Below are positions 1-8,937 of a stretch of 35,301 nt of DNA, one piece after another; position 1 is the stretch's first letter, and each line of letters begins with the position of its first letter. Both the position numbers and the translations under genes were made by a program. Origin of the DNA: Acutalibacteraceae bacterium (GTDB lineage Bacteria > Bacillota > Clostridia > Oscillospirales > Acutalibacteraceae); NCBI GenBank assembly GCA_045647445.1, contig JAZRMJ010000148.1:1-35301 (forward strand). Direction: 5' to 3'. The notes below the pieces were generated by a model. It had not been told where the DNA came from, did not search any database, and saw only the letters and a list, made by a program, of their open reading frames with translations.

Positions 1-933
1 GTCACAGCCCGATGAGGGCACAAAGTTGCCATAACCACCGCAAGCGCTCATCATCTCGGCAGTAGCACCGGTAATTGACTCAACCGTGCCGTTTGCAAAC
101 TGAGTTGCAGGGTCAATGTTACCCATGCAAAGAGCGTCGCTCGGAGCAGCCTTGAGTATCTCGTGCATATCAACAGCGTTGCCAAAATGATATGCTGCAG
201 CACCCTGGCTAAATATGCTGTCGAGCATTTGAGGCACAGAGCCACCACAATTATGATAAATAAGCTCAAAGCCCTCAGCCTTTAAAGCCTCGATTATGCG
301 CTTAACGTAGGGCACGGAAAACTCGTCGATCATGTCGGGGCTTAAAATGCCTGCAAGAGGTTCAGCCATCATAACGCCGTCGGCACCGACCTTTTTCATT
401 TCGAGTGCGTATTTGATAAGAAACTCGGTTGTCTTCTCAAGCACGGTGTGAACAACCTCGGGCTCATCAAAGCAGGTATACATAATTTCGGTCACGTCCA
501 TGAGTCTGCCCGCGAGCGAGAAGGGGCCAATCATACCTGCAAGCACAGGCTTGTCGGTGATTCTCTCTTTTGCAAGGCGCACACCCTCGATGGCCACCAT
601 CACCCGACCTGCGCTAAGCTCGGGCAGGGCGAGATTGTTGGCATCATCTTCATCGCAGATAAGCTGACCCACAACAGCAGGCACGTCATCTGCGTGAAAG
701 CAAACTTCAGCACCGAAAGCCTCAGCCTCTATCGATAAATCCATAGGGCTAACTGCGGCAATAGTGTCGGTTTCTGATGCTATGATTTCCATCGCCTTAG
801 CCTGATGCTCAGCAGATTTAACCATCTGCTCAACGGTTATACCCATTTTTTGCACGGCAGGGAATGAGAGTATGGGCAATCCTCTTTTTTTAGATGAACG
901 AGCTTCGCTCCAAAGCATTTCGCTGATTTTCAT
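1..933 (-). CDS. Uroporphyrinogen decarboxylase (URO-D) family protein, MtaA/MtbA-like corrinoid methyltransferase (MT2 type). The C-terminal end runs off the window.
   Basis: Absent from the ORF track because it is open at position 1. My minus-strand translation starts at ATG (comp 931-933) with a GGAGG RBS (comp 943-947). It reads MKISEMLWSEARSSKKRGLPILSFPAVQKMG...GPFSLAGRLMD...GADGVMMAEPLAG...LIYHNCGG...NFVPSSGCD. This gives the URO-D fold signature plus H-x-C and a distal Cys about 80 aa later, as in zinc-dependent MT2 enzymes. Confidence 0.8.
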   Translation of the reverse strand, partial: MKISEMLWSEARSSKKRGLPILSFPAVQKMGITVEQMVKSAEHQAKAMEIIASETDTIAAVSPMDLSIEAEAFGAEVCFHADDVPAVVGQLICDEDDANNLALPELSAGRVMVAIEGVRLAKERITDKPVLAGMIGPFSLAGRLMDVTEIMYTCFDEPEVVHTVLEKTTEFLIKYALEMKKVGADGVMMAEPLAGILSPDMIDEFSVPYVKRIIEALKAEGFELIYHNCGGSVPQMLDSIFSQGAAAYHFGNAVDMHEILKAAPSDALCMGNIDPATQFANGTVESITGATAEMMSACGGYGNFVPSSGCD

Positions 934-1030
934 AATGTGCTACCTCCACAAAACTATTTGCCATCAGTATAAACAATCAGCATCTTATCTTATTGTAAAA
1001 AGCAACGAATTATTGCATTATTATACTATT

Positions 1031-2284
1031 TTATCGACTACGATATTGACCTGGTGCAAGACCTGTTATGCGCTTAAAGACCTTGCAGTAGTAGCTTTGG
1101 TCGTTAAAGCCCATCGCAATGGCAATGTCGGTCAGCGAGTAGGTGGTCGACAGCAAAAGCCTTTTGCTCTCTTCGACCCTTATTCGGCAAAGCTGCTCGC
1201 TAAAGCTGATGCCAACCGTCTTTCTGAATAGGGATGACAGATAGTTAGGGCTTAGCCCAACCTCATCGGCAACTGTTTGCAGAGTGAGTGGCTTATTATA
1301 ATTGTTTGCCATAAATCTTAGAGCGGCTCTCACATAGCTGTTTGATGAGTAGGGAGAGTAGTCTATCTCGCTAATAAAGCTCTCGAGCGCTTCCTCCAGC
1401 CAAAACATAGGGCCCTCGGTCGATTTTTCATCCATAATCTTTGAAGAATATTGCTTTTGCAGTCTGTAAATCAGCTCTGCTGATGCACCTGTGTTAACAG
1501 CGTTTAGGGCTAAATTCGAGAGCAAACTCAAAGCGTGTAGCTTTAACTGCTCAACCCTACCACCCTCGCAGTAGTGAAGGTAGGCTATAAATCGGTGCAA
1601 AGCATCGTTAGCCGCTTCAACCTTTACTGCTTTCATTTTTTCGATTATATCAGAGGCTATTTCGTAATAAACCGACCCGTCTTGTGGAGCCGATTGCGCC
1701 TTATAAACCTGAATTGTCTCGTTAACCCGAGCCTGCTGATAAGCCTTTTGCTGACTTTCAACTAGCAGCCTCAATTCGGTAGGCAGCAAGGGGGATAAAA
1801 GGTGGTCAATGAGCTTCATCAGGTGATTGACCTGAGAGGGGGGCATAATAGGCACCTCACCCAGTCGGTCGTTTAGCGTTAGAGCGAGTGAGGGCGAAAT
1901 GTTGTATTTATCGAGCAAATCGCCTACAAAGGATGAGTCGGGCGAATCCATAAGGAAGGGGCCGACAATAACCGTGCCGAGCAAAATATTGCGATTAATA
2001 AGGGGGAATGCAATGTGATTTAGCTCTGCATGGCAGGTAAAAACGTAGGCTTCACCGAGCGATTTTGCCTTTTTGCCTGCATCGGCGTGAATAAGAGCAC
2101 ACTTATCGAGCGAAAAAAGGTGATCGTTTAAGGCAGAGCAGTATCGACTGCCCTCACCGAAATAGGTAAGAGCCAAGCCGTATCCGTCTATAAGCTGCAC
2201 CCCAAGCCCCGTGTAGCTGTGTAAGGTTTGTAAAAGGCTGTTAATTCTCGCCTCAGGTATAAGTGAATAGATGCCCCTATCCAT
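1031..2284 (-). CDS. AraC-family transcriptional regulator with an N-terminal PocR sensory domain
   Basis: The N-terminus (IPEARINSLLQTLHSYTGLGVQLIDGYG...YCSALN...VFTCHAELNHIAFPLI) is PocR-like. The C-terminus (LTLQTVADEVGLSPNYLSSLFRKTVGISF...DIAIAMGFNDQSYYCKVFKRITGLAPGQYRS) is a double AraC HTH. I chose the start MDRGIYS (comp 2282-2284) because AAGGAG (comp 2291-2296) precedes it. The longer ORF-track start at 2512 would overlap the divergent gene. Confidence 0.85.
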   Translation of the reverse strand: MDRGIYSLIPEARINSLLQTLHSYTGLGVQLIDGYGLALTYFGEGSRYCSALNDHLFSLDKCALIHADAGKKAKSLGEAYVFTCHAELNHIAFPLINRNILLGTVIVGPFLMDSPDSSFVGDLLDKYNISPSLALTLNDRLGEVPIMPPSQVNHLMKLIDHLLSPLLPTELRLLVESQQKAYQQARVNETIQVYKAQSAPQDGSVYYEIASDIIEKMKAVKVEAANDALHRFIAYLHYCEGGRVEQLKLHALSLLSNLALNAVNTGASAELIYRLQKQYSSKIMDEKSTEGPMFWLEEALESFISEIDYSPYSSNSYVRAALRFMANNYNKPLTLQTVADEVGLSPNYLSSLFRKTVGISFSEQLCRIRVEESKRLLLSTTYSLTDIAIAMGFNDQSYYCKVFKRITGLAPGQYRSR

Positions 2285-2398
2285 ACGTTTCTCCTTAAAA
2301 TCTTTATATTTTTTGTAGAAAAATACAATTAACATCTTATTTAAAACCATTATACTCATATTAGATAGAATTTCAAGTCCTTTAAGGAGCGATGTATA

Positions 2399-3466
2399 AT
2401 GGCTATTAATTTTAGTGCAGAGCGTATGCAGCAGGTTATCGAGAATCACGAACTGTGGTGGAAAAAACAGCTCGGCCGTCCGCTTGTCTACATAGATGTT
2501 TTTGATGCCCATGAGCCGCAGGTCGAGAGCCCTGCCCCTGTCTTAAAGCAGTGTAACTGCCACGATTTTTCGGTTACACCCGAGCAGATAATCGATGGCT
2601 TGGAGTGGGAGCTCAGTCAGCACGAATATTATGGCGATGCATACCCCAGAGTTAATCTTGATGAGTTCGGCCCCGGTGTTTTGGCTGCTTTTTGTGGAGC
2701 AAAGCTTGATAACAGCTCGGGCGCAGTTTGGTTTTTTGCCGAAGAGCAAAAGCCTATCAGCGAGGTTAGTGCCAAATATGACCCAAACAACAAATGGGCC
2801 AAACGAATTAAAGATATCTGCCGCGCAGGTATCGAGCGCTGGAATGGCTCGGTTATAATCGGTCTGCCTGACTTTGGTGGCATTCTTGACGTTGCTGCAT
2901 CCCTTGTCGGCACAGAGGAGCTGCTTTTTGCGTGTATTGAGGAGCCCGAAGAGGTCAGCCGACTTTGCAAGGAGATTCAGGTCGCATGGTATGAAGCTTA
3001 TGAGGATATAACCAAAATTCTCGAGCCACAGGGCTGCTACACCGACTGGCACGGCCTTTTGAGCAAGACCCCATCATATGTTCTTCAAAATGACTTTTCA
3101 GCCATGATAAGCCCCAATATGTTTGATGAGTTTGCTCTCGACCTTTTGCGATATGATACCGAGCGACTCGATCATACTGTTTATCACCTTGACGGACCTG
3201 ATGCCATAAAGCATCTTGACAGCCTTTTGACTCTTGAAAAGCTCGACGTTATTCAGTGGGTCTATGGTGCAGGTCAGCCCGGTCCCATGCATTGGCTCGA
3301 CCTTTACAAAAAGATAGACGCAGCAGGCAAATATAATAACCTCAACGGCAGTCCCGAGGAAATATTAGAGGCTCTAAAGCATATTCCGGGCAACAACCCC
3401 TTTATATGGAATCGTTTGAGCAAGGCCGACTCGCACTTTATCGAGCCATTGCTTAATGCAAAATAA
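2399..3466 (+). CDS. Hypothetical protein, distant URO-D-fold (TIM barrel) paralog lacking the Cys zinc ligands
   Basis: ATG at 2399 with an AAGGAG RBS at 2384-2389. Segments GPGVLAAFCGAKL, DFGGILDVAASLVGTEELLFACIEEPEEV and ISPNMFDEFALDLLRYDTERLDHTVYHLDG are collinear with URO-D family motifs. The H-x-C position reads H-L-D, and no Cys follows it. Confidence 0.55.
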   Translation: MAINFSAERMQQVIENHELWWKKQLGRPLVYIDVFDAHEPQVESPAPVLKQCNCHDFSVTPEQIIDGLEWELSQHEYYGDAYPRVNLDEFGPGVLAAFCGAKLDNSSGAVWFFAEEQKPISEVSAKYDPNNKWAKRIKDICRAGIERWNGSVIIGLPDFGGILDVAASLVGTEELLFACIEEPEEVSRLCKEIQVAWYEAYEDITKILEPQGCYTDWHGLLSKTPSYVLQNDFSAMISPNMFDEFALDLLRYDTERLDHTVYHLDGPDAIKHLDSLLTLEKLDVIQWVYGAGQPGPMHWLDLYKKIDAAGKYNNLNGSPEEILEALKHIPGNNPFIWNRLSKADSHFIEPLLNAK

Positions 3467-3470
3467 ATTA

Positions 3471-3510
3471 AAAACCACTTTGAGCTAATCAAAGTGGTTT
3501 TTAATTTTTG
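3471..3510. terminator. Bidirectional rho-independent terminator between the convergent 2399-3466 gene and dut
   Basis: Stem CCACTTTGA (3475-3483) pairs with TCAAAGTGG (3489-3497) around a 5-nt loop. It has an A-run upstream and a T-run downstream. Confidence 0.8.
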
Positions 3511-3514
3511 CTTT

Positions 3515-3967
3515 TTATTTGCCTGTTGAGCCGAAGCCACCCTCACCTCGAGTGGTATCGTCGAGCTCATCAACCTCAACAAACTGAGCAGTCAGATAGG
3601 GTGCGATGACCATTTGAGCGATGCGTTCACCGTTACAAACCGTTTGGTTTTCACTCGAATGATTGTGAAGCGCTACCATAACCTCACCGCGGTAGTCGCT
3701 GTCAACCACACCAACCTTGTTAGCAGGGGCAAGACCTCGCTTGCAAGCAGCACCACTACGGGCATAAATCAGCCCTGCGTAGCCAACAGGCACCTCGAGA
3801 GCGATGCCTGTGTGGATAAAGACGGTCTGGTGGGGAGCAATATTAATCTCTCCCTCCTCTATGCAGGCAAATAGGTCGGCACCTGCTGCAAACTCTGAGC
3901 CGTAGGTGGGTATTATTGCCGATGGGGTCAGCTTTTTAATTTTGACCTTTTGTGTTAGAGTCACCAT
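3515..3967 (-). CDS. dut: dUTP diphosphatase
   Basis: MVTLTQKVKIKKL...GSEFAAGADLFA...GLIYARSGAACKRGL...VGVVDSDYRGEV...RIAQMVI...RGEGGFGSTGK carries the five dUTPase motifs. The start at comp 3965-3967 follows an AAAGGAG RBS. The ORF-track start at 4003 would overlap the upstream gene. Confidence 0.92.
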   Translation of the reverse strand: MVTLTQKVKIKKLTPSAIIPTYGSEFAAGADLFACIEEGEINIAPHQTVFIHTGIALEVPVGYAGLIYARSGAACKRGLAPANKVGVVDSDYRGEVMVALHNHSSENQTVCNGERIAQMVIAPYLTAQFVEVDELDDTTRGEGGFGSTGK

Positions 3968-3980
3968 ATCGCTCTCCTTT

Positions 3981-5696
3981 TTATTGACCGAGCAGCTTTG
4001 CAATGCAATCGGTCAAGCGCTTGTTTATTTCGTCGGCAGCAGAATCATTCTTTGCTACAGAGGTAACGTAAACCTTAATTTTAGGCTCTGTGCCTGAGGG
4101 GCGCACCATAATGCAGTTGCCGCCTTCAAGCATAAATGCGATCACGTCTGCCTTAGGCAGGGTGAGAGTCTCTACAGCACCATCCTCAAGGCTTGTAACG
4201 GTCGATTTAAGGTAATCGGCAACGGCAGTAACCTTAAAAGCATCAATTTTTTCAGGGGTGTTTGAGTGAAGCTGGGCCATAATCTCAGCCATCTTGCTCA
4301 TACCACTTGAGCCCTTAAATGCAAAGGATGAGGTGCGATGTAGGTAGCGACCAAACTCGGCATAAATTGAGTTAATAACGTCAACAAGGCTTCTGCCCTT
4401 GGTGCGATGATAGGCTGCCATCTCGCAAATAAGCATTGATGCAACAACAGCATCTTTATCTCTAACATAGGAGCCTGAGAGATAGCCGTAGCTTTCTTCA
4501 AAGCCAAACACAAAGCGCTCGCTCTCGTCTTTATCCTCAAGCAGAGCAATCTGCTCACCGATATATTTAAATCCGGTCAAAACGTTTCTCATTTCGCAAC
4601 CGTATTTTGCGGCAATCAGATCGCAAATAGAAGTAGAAACGATGCTCTTTACAGCAACTGGGTTTTTAGGCAAAACACCCTTTGCGCTTTTGCGACTTAG
4701 AATATAGTCAAGCAGCATTGCGCCAACCTCGTTACCGGTCAAAAGGCGATAATCGTCACTCTCGGGCACGGCAATGCCAACTCGGTCGGCATCGGGGTCG
4801 GTAGCAAGCAGCAGGGCGGGTTTAACCTTATCAGCCAAAGCAAGTGCGCACTCAAATGGCTGACGAATTTCGGGGTTGGGGTAGGGCGCAGTGGGGAAGT
4901 TGCCGTCGGGCTCCTCTTGCTCCTTAACGATGGTTACGTCGGTCACACCGATGCGACTGAGTATCTCACGCACCGGCTTGTTGCCTGTGCCATGCAGAGG
5001 AGTGTAGATAACCTTTAGACCCGATGAGCCAACAAGGTCGGCATCAATCGACTGCTCAAGCACCTTGGTGTAATAGGCCTCATAGTTATCCTGACCGATA
5101 AGCTCGATTGAGCCGTCGCTCAGAGCAGTATCAAAATCAACGTATTTAACGCCGTTAAAAATATCGACCTTTTCGATGTTAGCAGTGATAATGTTGCTGG
5201 GCTCGCTGCCAAGCTGGCAACCGTCAGGGCCGTAAGCCTTGTAGCCGTTATACTCAGCAGGGTTGTGGCTTGCAGTTATAACAACGCCGCCTGCACAGCC
5301 GTAGTAACGCACGGCAAATGACAGCATGGGTGTTGGAGCAAGCTCGGGATAAAGCCAAACCTTAATGCCGTTAGCGGCAAAAACGCAGGCAGTGGTGCGA
5401 CTAAAAAGGTCGCTGTTTATACGGCTGTCATAAGCGATAGCAACACTGGGGTTTTGGTAATTTGCATTAAGGTAATCGGCAAAGCCCTGAGTTGCTCTGC
5501 CAACGGTGTGAATGTTCATACGATTGGTGCCTGCACCGATAACACCACGCAAACCTGCTGTGCCGAATTCGAGCTCTTTAAAAAATCTGTCTTCAATTGC
5601 GACATCGTCGCCCTCGATTGAGCGCAGTTCTGTTGCAAGAGCTTGGTCGGTTACTGTTTGACACCATTTTTGATAAAGCATATCAATTTTGCTCAT
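3981..5696 (-). CDS. Phospho-sugar mutase (alpha-D-phosphohexomutase family, PgcA-type phosphoglucomutase/phosphomannomutase)
   Basis: GTAGLRG near the N-terminus. Active-site loop TASHNPAEYNGYK. Metal loop ATDPDADR. Sugar loop GFEESYGY. Phosphate loop RPSGTEPKIKVY. Confidence 0.9.
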   Translation of the reverse strand: MSKIDMLYQKWCQTVTDQALATELRSIEGDDVAIEDRFFKELEFGTAGLRGVIGAGTNRMNIHTVGRATQGFADYLNANYQNPSVAIAYDSRINSDLFSRTTACVFAANGIKVWLYPELAPTPMLSFAVRYYGCAGGVVITASHNPAEYNGYKAYGPDGCQLGSEPSNIITANIEKVDIFNGVKYVDFDTALSDGSIELIGQDNYEAYYTKVLEQSIDADLVGSSGLKVIYTPLHGTGNKPVREILSRIGVTDVTIVKEQEEPDGNFPTAPYPNPEIRQPFECALALADKVKPALLLATDPDADRVGIAVPESDDYRLLTGNEVGAMLLDYILSRKSAKGVLPKNPVAVKSIVSTSICDLIAAKYGCEMRNVLTGFKYIGEQIALLEDKDESERFVFGFEESYGYLSGSYVRDKDAVVASMLICEMAAYHRTKGRSLVDVINSIYAEFGRYLHRTSSFAFKGSSGMSKMAEIMAQLHSNTPEKIDAFKVTAVADYLKSTVTSLEDGAVETLTLPKADVIAFMLEGGNCIMVRPSGTEPKIKVYVTSVAKNDSAADEINKRLTDCIAKLLGQ

Positions 5697-5740
5697 AGTG
5701 TGTCATTATCCTTTCGATTAAAATTCGATATTATGTAATA

Positions 5741-5769
5741 ATTATAATACGCAGTCTAACCCTTGTAAA
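5741..5769 (-). promoter_or_regulatory. Candidate sigma-A promoter for the phosphohexomutase-dut unit
   Basis: On the minus strand, TTTACA (comp 5764-5769), a 17-nt spacer, then TATAAT (comp 5741-5746). This lies about 45 nt upstream of the ATG at 5696. Confidence 0.5.
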
Positions 5770-5817
5770 TGACACGAATTATTCTAATATATGGATTATT
5801 GTCTCAAAAATGCCGAA

Positions 5818-6459
5818 TTAAACCCTAACTCCACTAAAAGAGGTGGTTAAATCGCCAAGATGGGAGCTATTGTCATAATCAACTATTTTGCCGATTCCGT
5901 TATCATATTCGACCTTTGTTATAGATGCGTTGGCAACCCATGCAATATTTTTCATCTCGGTTATGGGCAGATTTTTCCAAACGCAGGTCATCGAGCGAAT
6001 GGGGGTAGCGTGGGTGCCGATAACGATGGTTTTGCCGTCATTCTCTTTAGCGATGCGCTCAACCTCTTTTCGCACCCTGCTTTGAAGATTGGTAACGCTC
6101 TCGCCATTAGTGCAAACGGCATTGCCGATATCGTTTAGCCAAATATCGTAATCATCCTTAAACTCGGTGCGAAGCCTGTCAAACTCAATATTTTCCCAGC
6201 TGCCTGAAAACACCTCACGAAGCTGGTCAGAGGGTATAACGTTGAGCCCCTTCAAGGCGGCAATAGGCAAAACGGTGTTGAAAGCACGAATCAGGTCGCT
6301 CGAATAGATTGCGTCGATATGAATATCCTTAAAAAACCAAGCTGTTTTAGTAGCCTGCATATATCCTAGCTCCGAAAGGTCAAGGTCAGTGTGGCCTAAA
6401 AATCGTCTTTGCAGATTGCCGATGCTTTGACCGTGTCTAATAAAATAAACCGTTGTCAT
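5818..6459 (-). CDS. Histidine phosphatase family protein (phosphoglycerate mutase-like / CobC-like)
   Basis: MTTVYFIRHGQSIGN carries the RHG catalytic motif. GTHATPIR supplies the second His. Its ATG shares one nucleotide with the TAA stop of the upstream ATPase (TAATG at 6457-6461, minus strand). Confidence 0.85.
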   Translation of the reverse strand: MTTVYFIRHGQSIGNLQRRFLGHTDLDLSELGYMQATKTAWFFKDIHIDAIYSSDLIRAFNTVLPIAALKGLNVIPSDQLREVFSGSWENIEFDRLRTEFKDDYDIWLNDIGNAVCTNGESVTNLQSRVRKEVERIAKENDGKTIVIGTHATPIRSMTCVWKNLPITEMKNIAWVANASITKVEYDNGIGKIVDYDNSSHLGDLTTSFSGVRV

Positions 6460-8774
6460 TACTTAGCTTTTCTCCTTTTTATTATTATCGCCGAGAGGCT
6501 CATTACACAAAAATAAACAAGCGCGTCACATGCAACACAGGCTGATAGCGCCAAATAACCAGCGCTCGGTAGCCCCGTCAGCGAGAATGCCCAGTTAAAG
6601 ATGAAGGCTCCAACGCAAAACAGGGCGCACATTACGGCAAACAGACTGCCACGATACCAGTTAAGCGGCAAGCAGACACGCAATAGATTTATCAGTATCG
6701 CAATACCTGACGATAAAACGCAAACAGTTGCGTATTGGGGCAGACTGAGGCCGAGAGGGTCCGAGATTAATGCCGCCAAAACAACACCGGAAGCGATGGC
6801 TGTGCCTGCAGGCAAAGAGCGAGAAATAATATCAAAAATGAATTGACCCTCGGTGCGCTCATAGTTAGGCTCGAGCGAGAGCAAAAAGCCGGGAGCAGCA
6901 ACACCCACAAAGGTTATGAGGGTCAGGTGTATCGGCTCAAAGGGGTAGGGGATGGGCAGCGCCAAAAAGGTGATAGACAAAACAAAGGAATAAACTATTT
7001 TTATTAGAAATAGCGATACCGACCTTTTAAGGTTTTTGATTGAGCGACGACCCTGGCGCACAACCTCGGGCAACGAATCAAAATCAGAATCAAGCAAAAC
7101 CAGTTTTGCAGCATCTCTTGCAATGTCGGTGGCAGTAGCAGGTGCAACCGAGCAATCAGCCTCTTTAAGCGCAAGCACGTCGTTGACACCGTCGCCCGTC
7201 ATGGTCACGGTGTGACCATGCTTTTGCAGAGCCTTAATGATAAGTTGCTTTTGAGAGGGTGAAACTCTGCCGAAAACTATGTTATCTGCAACCACAGAAT
7301 CAATCTCATCGTCACTTATTTTGCTCATATCGATTTGTTTATCCCAGCTCTCAATGCCCACACGGTGAGCAACATCACCTGCAGTTGCTGGGTGGTCACC
7401 CGAAATAACTCTAACAGAGACCCCCTGCTCAGCAAAATACTGCATGGTTTTTTTAGCCTGAGGCCGAATCTTGTCTCGTAATAAAATGAGGGCTAGTGGC
7501 TCGGCATTTTTAAGCTTATCGAGCGATTCGCTTTTTGCAAGCATTATAACTCTGGCTGAGCAAGAAAGCTCTTCTATTTTGTCGCGAAGGGTATCATCAA
7601 TTTCGGGCGCAACAAAATCTGGAGCACCCAAAACGAGGGTAACCCCATTATCAAAGGTGGCGGCAGACAGCTTTTTGAAGCTGTCAAAGGGCAAAAACTC
7701 TGAGCAATTATTCTGCCCCTCTTTATTGCCAAAATGAGATTTTATAGCGAGTGCTGTGGGGTTAATATCTGCCGATGCGAGAGCAAAATCAATCAGCATC
7801 CATTCGCTATATTCATCACTTATCGGCACAACGTTTGCAACCTCGAGCACACCCTCTGTCAGAGTGCCCGTCTTGTCAAGGCAAAGCACGTCGGTGCGAG
7901 CTAAAGCCTCAGAGCTGTGCAAATCCTGAGATAGCACACGCCTTTTTGCCAGCATAACGGTAGCCAGCGCAAAAACGGACGAAGTCAAAAGCATCATACC
8001 CTCAGGCAGCATGCCGATAACGGCGGCACCGGTTGAAAAGACCGAGTCGATAAACCCTGCACCTTTTAGGTATTGCGAAAGAAACAGACCGGTGCCAAGA
8101 GGAACTATAATTATCGACATAACACCGAGAATAACGTTAATAGTGTGCACAATATCTGACTTTTTGCGACGAATGAGCCTTGCCTCGTTTGCCAGCTTGT
8201 GACCATAGCTGTTAATGCCAACTGCAATGGTTCTCACACGGCATGAGCCACTTATTATGTAACTGCCTGAGAGAAGAGTATCGCCCACCTGCTTTGCAAC
8301 ACCGTCGGCTTCACCCGTCAGCAGCGACTCGTCGGCAACACAGCTGCCCGTGAGCACCTCGCAATCAGCAGGCACCTGACCACCTGCAGAGAGAATTATT
8401 ATATCACCAAGCACGATTTTTTGGCTTTTAACCGTCTGCTCAGTGCCGTCACGCACAACGGTAATGTTTGACTGCGTGACCACCTTTAGTCGGTCGGTAG
8501 CAATTTTAGCGCGAACCTCTTGAATTATGCCAATCAGGGAGTTGCAAACAGCCACCCCCAAAAAAAGAACATTTCTTAATGACGCAAAGGATACACCCGT
8601 CATGAGTATGAGGGTAGCCAAAATAACGTTTATTAAATTGAAAAAGGTAAACACATTGCGCCTTATTATAGAAGCATAGGAGTTGCTCTTGGCCTTAGGG
8701 TCACGGTTGACCTTGCCTGCGCGAGTTAGCTGAGCGACCTGGTGCGATGAAAGGCCAATATTAGGGTCGGTCAT
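6459..8774 (-). CDS. HAD-IC family P-type cation-transporting ATPase, substrate unknown
   Basis: TGEA actuator motif (LLTGEADG). Phosphorylation site DKTGTLT. Hinge MTGDGVNDVLALKEAD. Multiple predicted TM helices at both ends. GGAGG RBS upstream of the ATG at 8774. Confidence 0.9.
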   Translation of the reverse strand: MTDPNIGLSSHQVAQLTRAGKVNRDPKAKSNSYASIIRRNVFTFFNLINVILATLILMTGVSFASLRNVLFLGVAVCNSLIGIIQEVRAKIATDRLKVVTQSNITVVRDGTEQTVKSQKIVLGDIIILSAGGQVPADCEVLTGSCVADESLLTGEADGVAKQVGDTLLSGSYIISGSCRVRTIAVGINSYGHKLANEARLIRRKKSDIVHTINVILGVMSIIIVPLGTGLFLSQYLKGAGFIDSVFSTGAAVIGMLPEGMMLLTSSVFALATVMLAKRRVLSQDLHSSEALARTDVLCLDKTGTLTEGVLEVANVVPISDEYSEWMLIDFALASADINPTALAIKSHFGNKEGQNNCSEFLPFDSFKKLSAATFDNGVTLVLGAPDFVAPEIDDTLRDKIEELSCSARVIMLAKSESLDKLKNAEPLALILLRDKIRPQAKKTMQYFAEQGVSVRVISGDHPATAGDVAHRVGIESWDKQIDMSKISDDEIDSVVADNIVFGRVSPSQKQLIIKALQKHGHTVTMTGDGVNDVLALKEADCSVAPATATDIARDAAKLVLLDSDFDSLPEVVRQGRRSIKNLKRSVSLFLIKIVYSFVLSITFLALPIPYPFEPIHLTLITFVGVAAPGFLLSLEPNYERTEGQFIFDIISRSLPAGTAIASGVVLAALISDPLGLSLPQYATVCVLSSGIAILINLLRVCLPLNWYRGSLFAVMCALFCVGAFIFNWAFSLTGLPSAGYLALSACVACDALVYFCVMSLSAIIIKRRKAK

Positions 8775-8877
8775 ACGGAGCCTCCTTTAATAAAAAATAA
8801 ATCCATTCTAATGTTACCATTTTTCGACTTTTTTTTCAACAAATTATTGCAAAGCCGCCCTTAAAACTTAAAAAAAC

Positions 8878-8906
8878 TTGACCTTTGATTTAGTGAGGGT
8901 TATACT
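8878..8906 (+). promoter_or_regulatory. Near-consensus sigma-A promoter of kdgK
   Basis: TTGACC (8878-8883), a 17-nt spacer, then TATACT (8901-8906). A-tracts (AAAACTTAAAAAAAC) sit immediately upstream and resemble an UP element. Confidence 0.6.
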
Positions 8907-8937
8907 AATATTAGAGTTAACTTTTGGAGGCTTTTTT

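Noticed and set aside
448-1231. Plus-strand ORFs 448-738 (96 aa) and 872-1231 (119 aa), plus minus-strand ORF 51-269, from the ORF track
   Set aside because: They lie antisense to, or out of frame within, the strongly supported minus-strand URO-D-family gene (1-933) and the AraC regulator 3' end. The real gene is missing from the track only because it is open at the window edge. The ORF products have no motifs or RBS.
2543-3052. Minus-strand ORFs (169 aa and 113 aa) and plus-strand ORF 2595-2858 inside the 2399-3466 gene
   Set aside because: These are antisense or alternate frames of a gene with a good RBS and URO-D-like collinearity. They have no start context and no recognisable motifs.
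8905-8914. 10-bp perfect palindrome CTAATATTAG overlapping the kdgK -10 / transcription-start region (a possible KdgR-type operator)
   Set aside because: It is too short and too AT-rich to be significant. A 5-bp-arm palindrome is expected many times by chance in 35 kb. It does not resemble KdgR operators I know.
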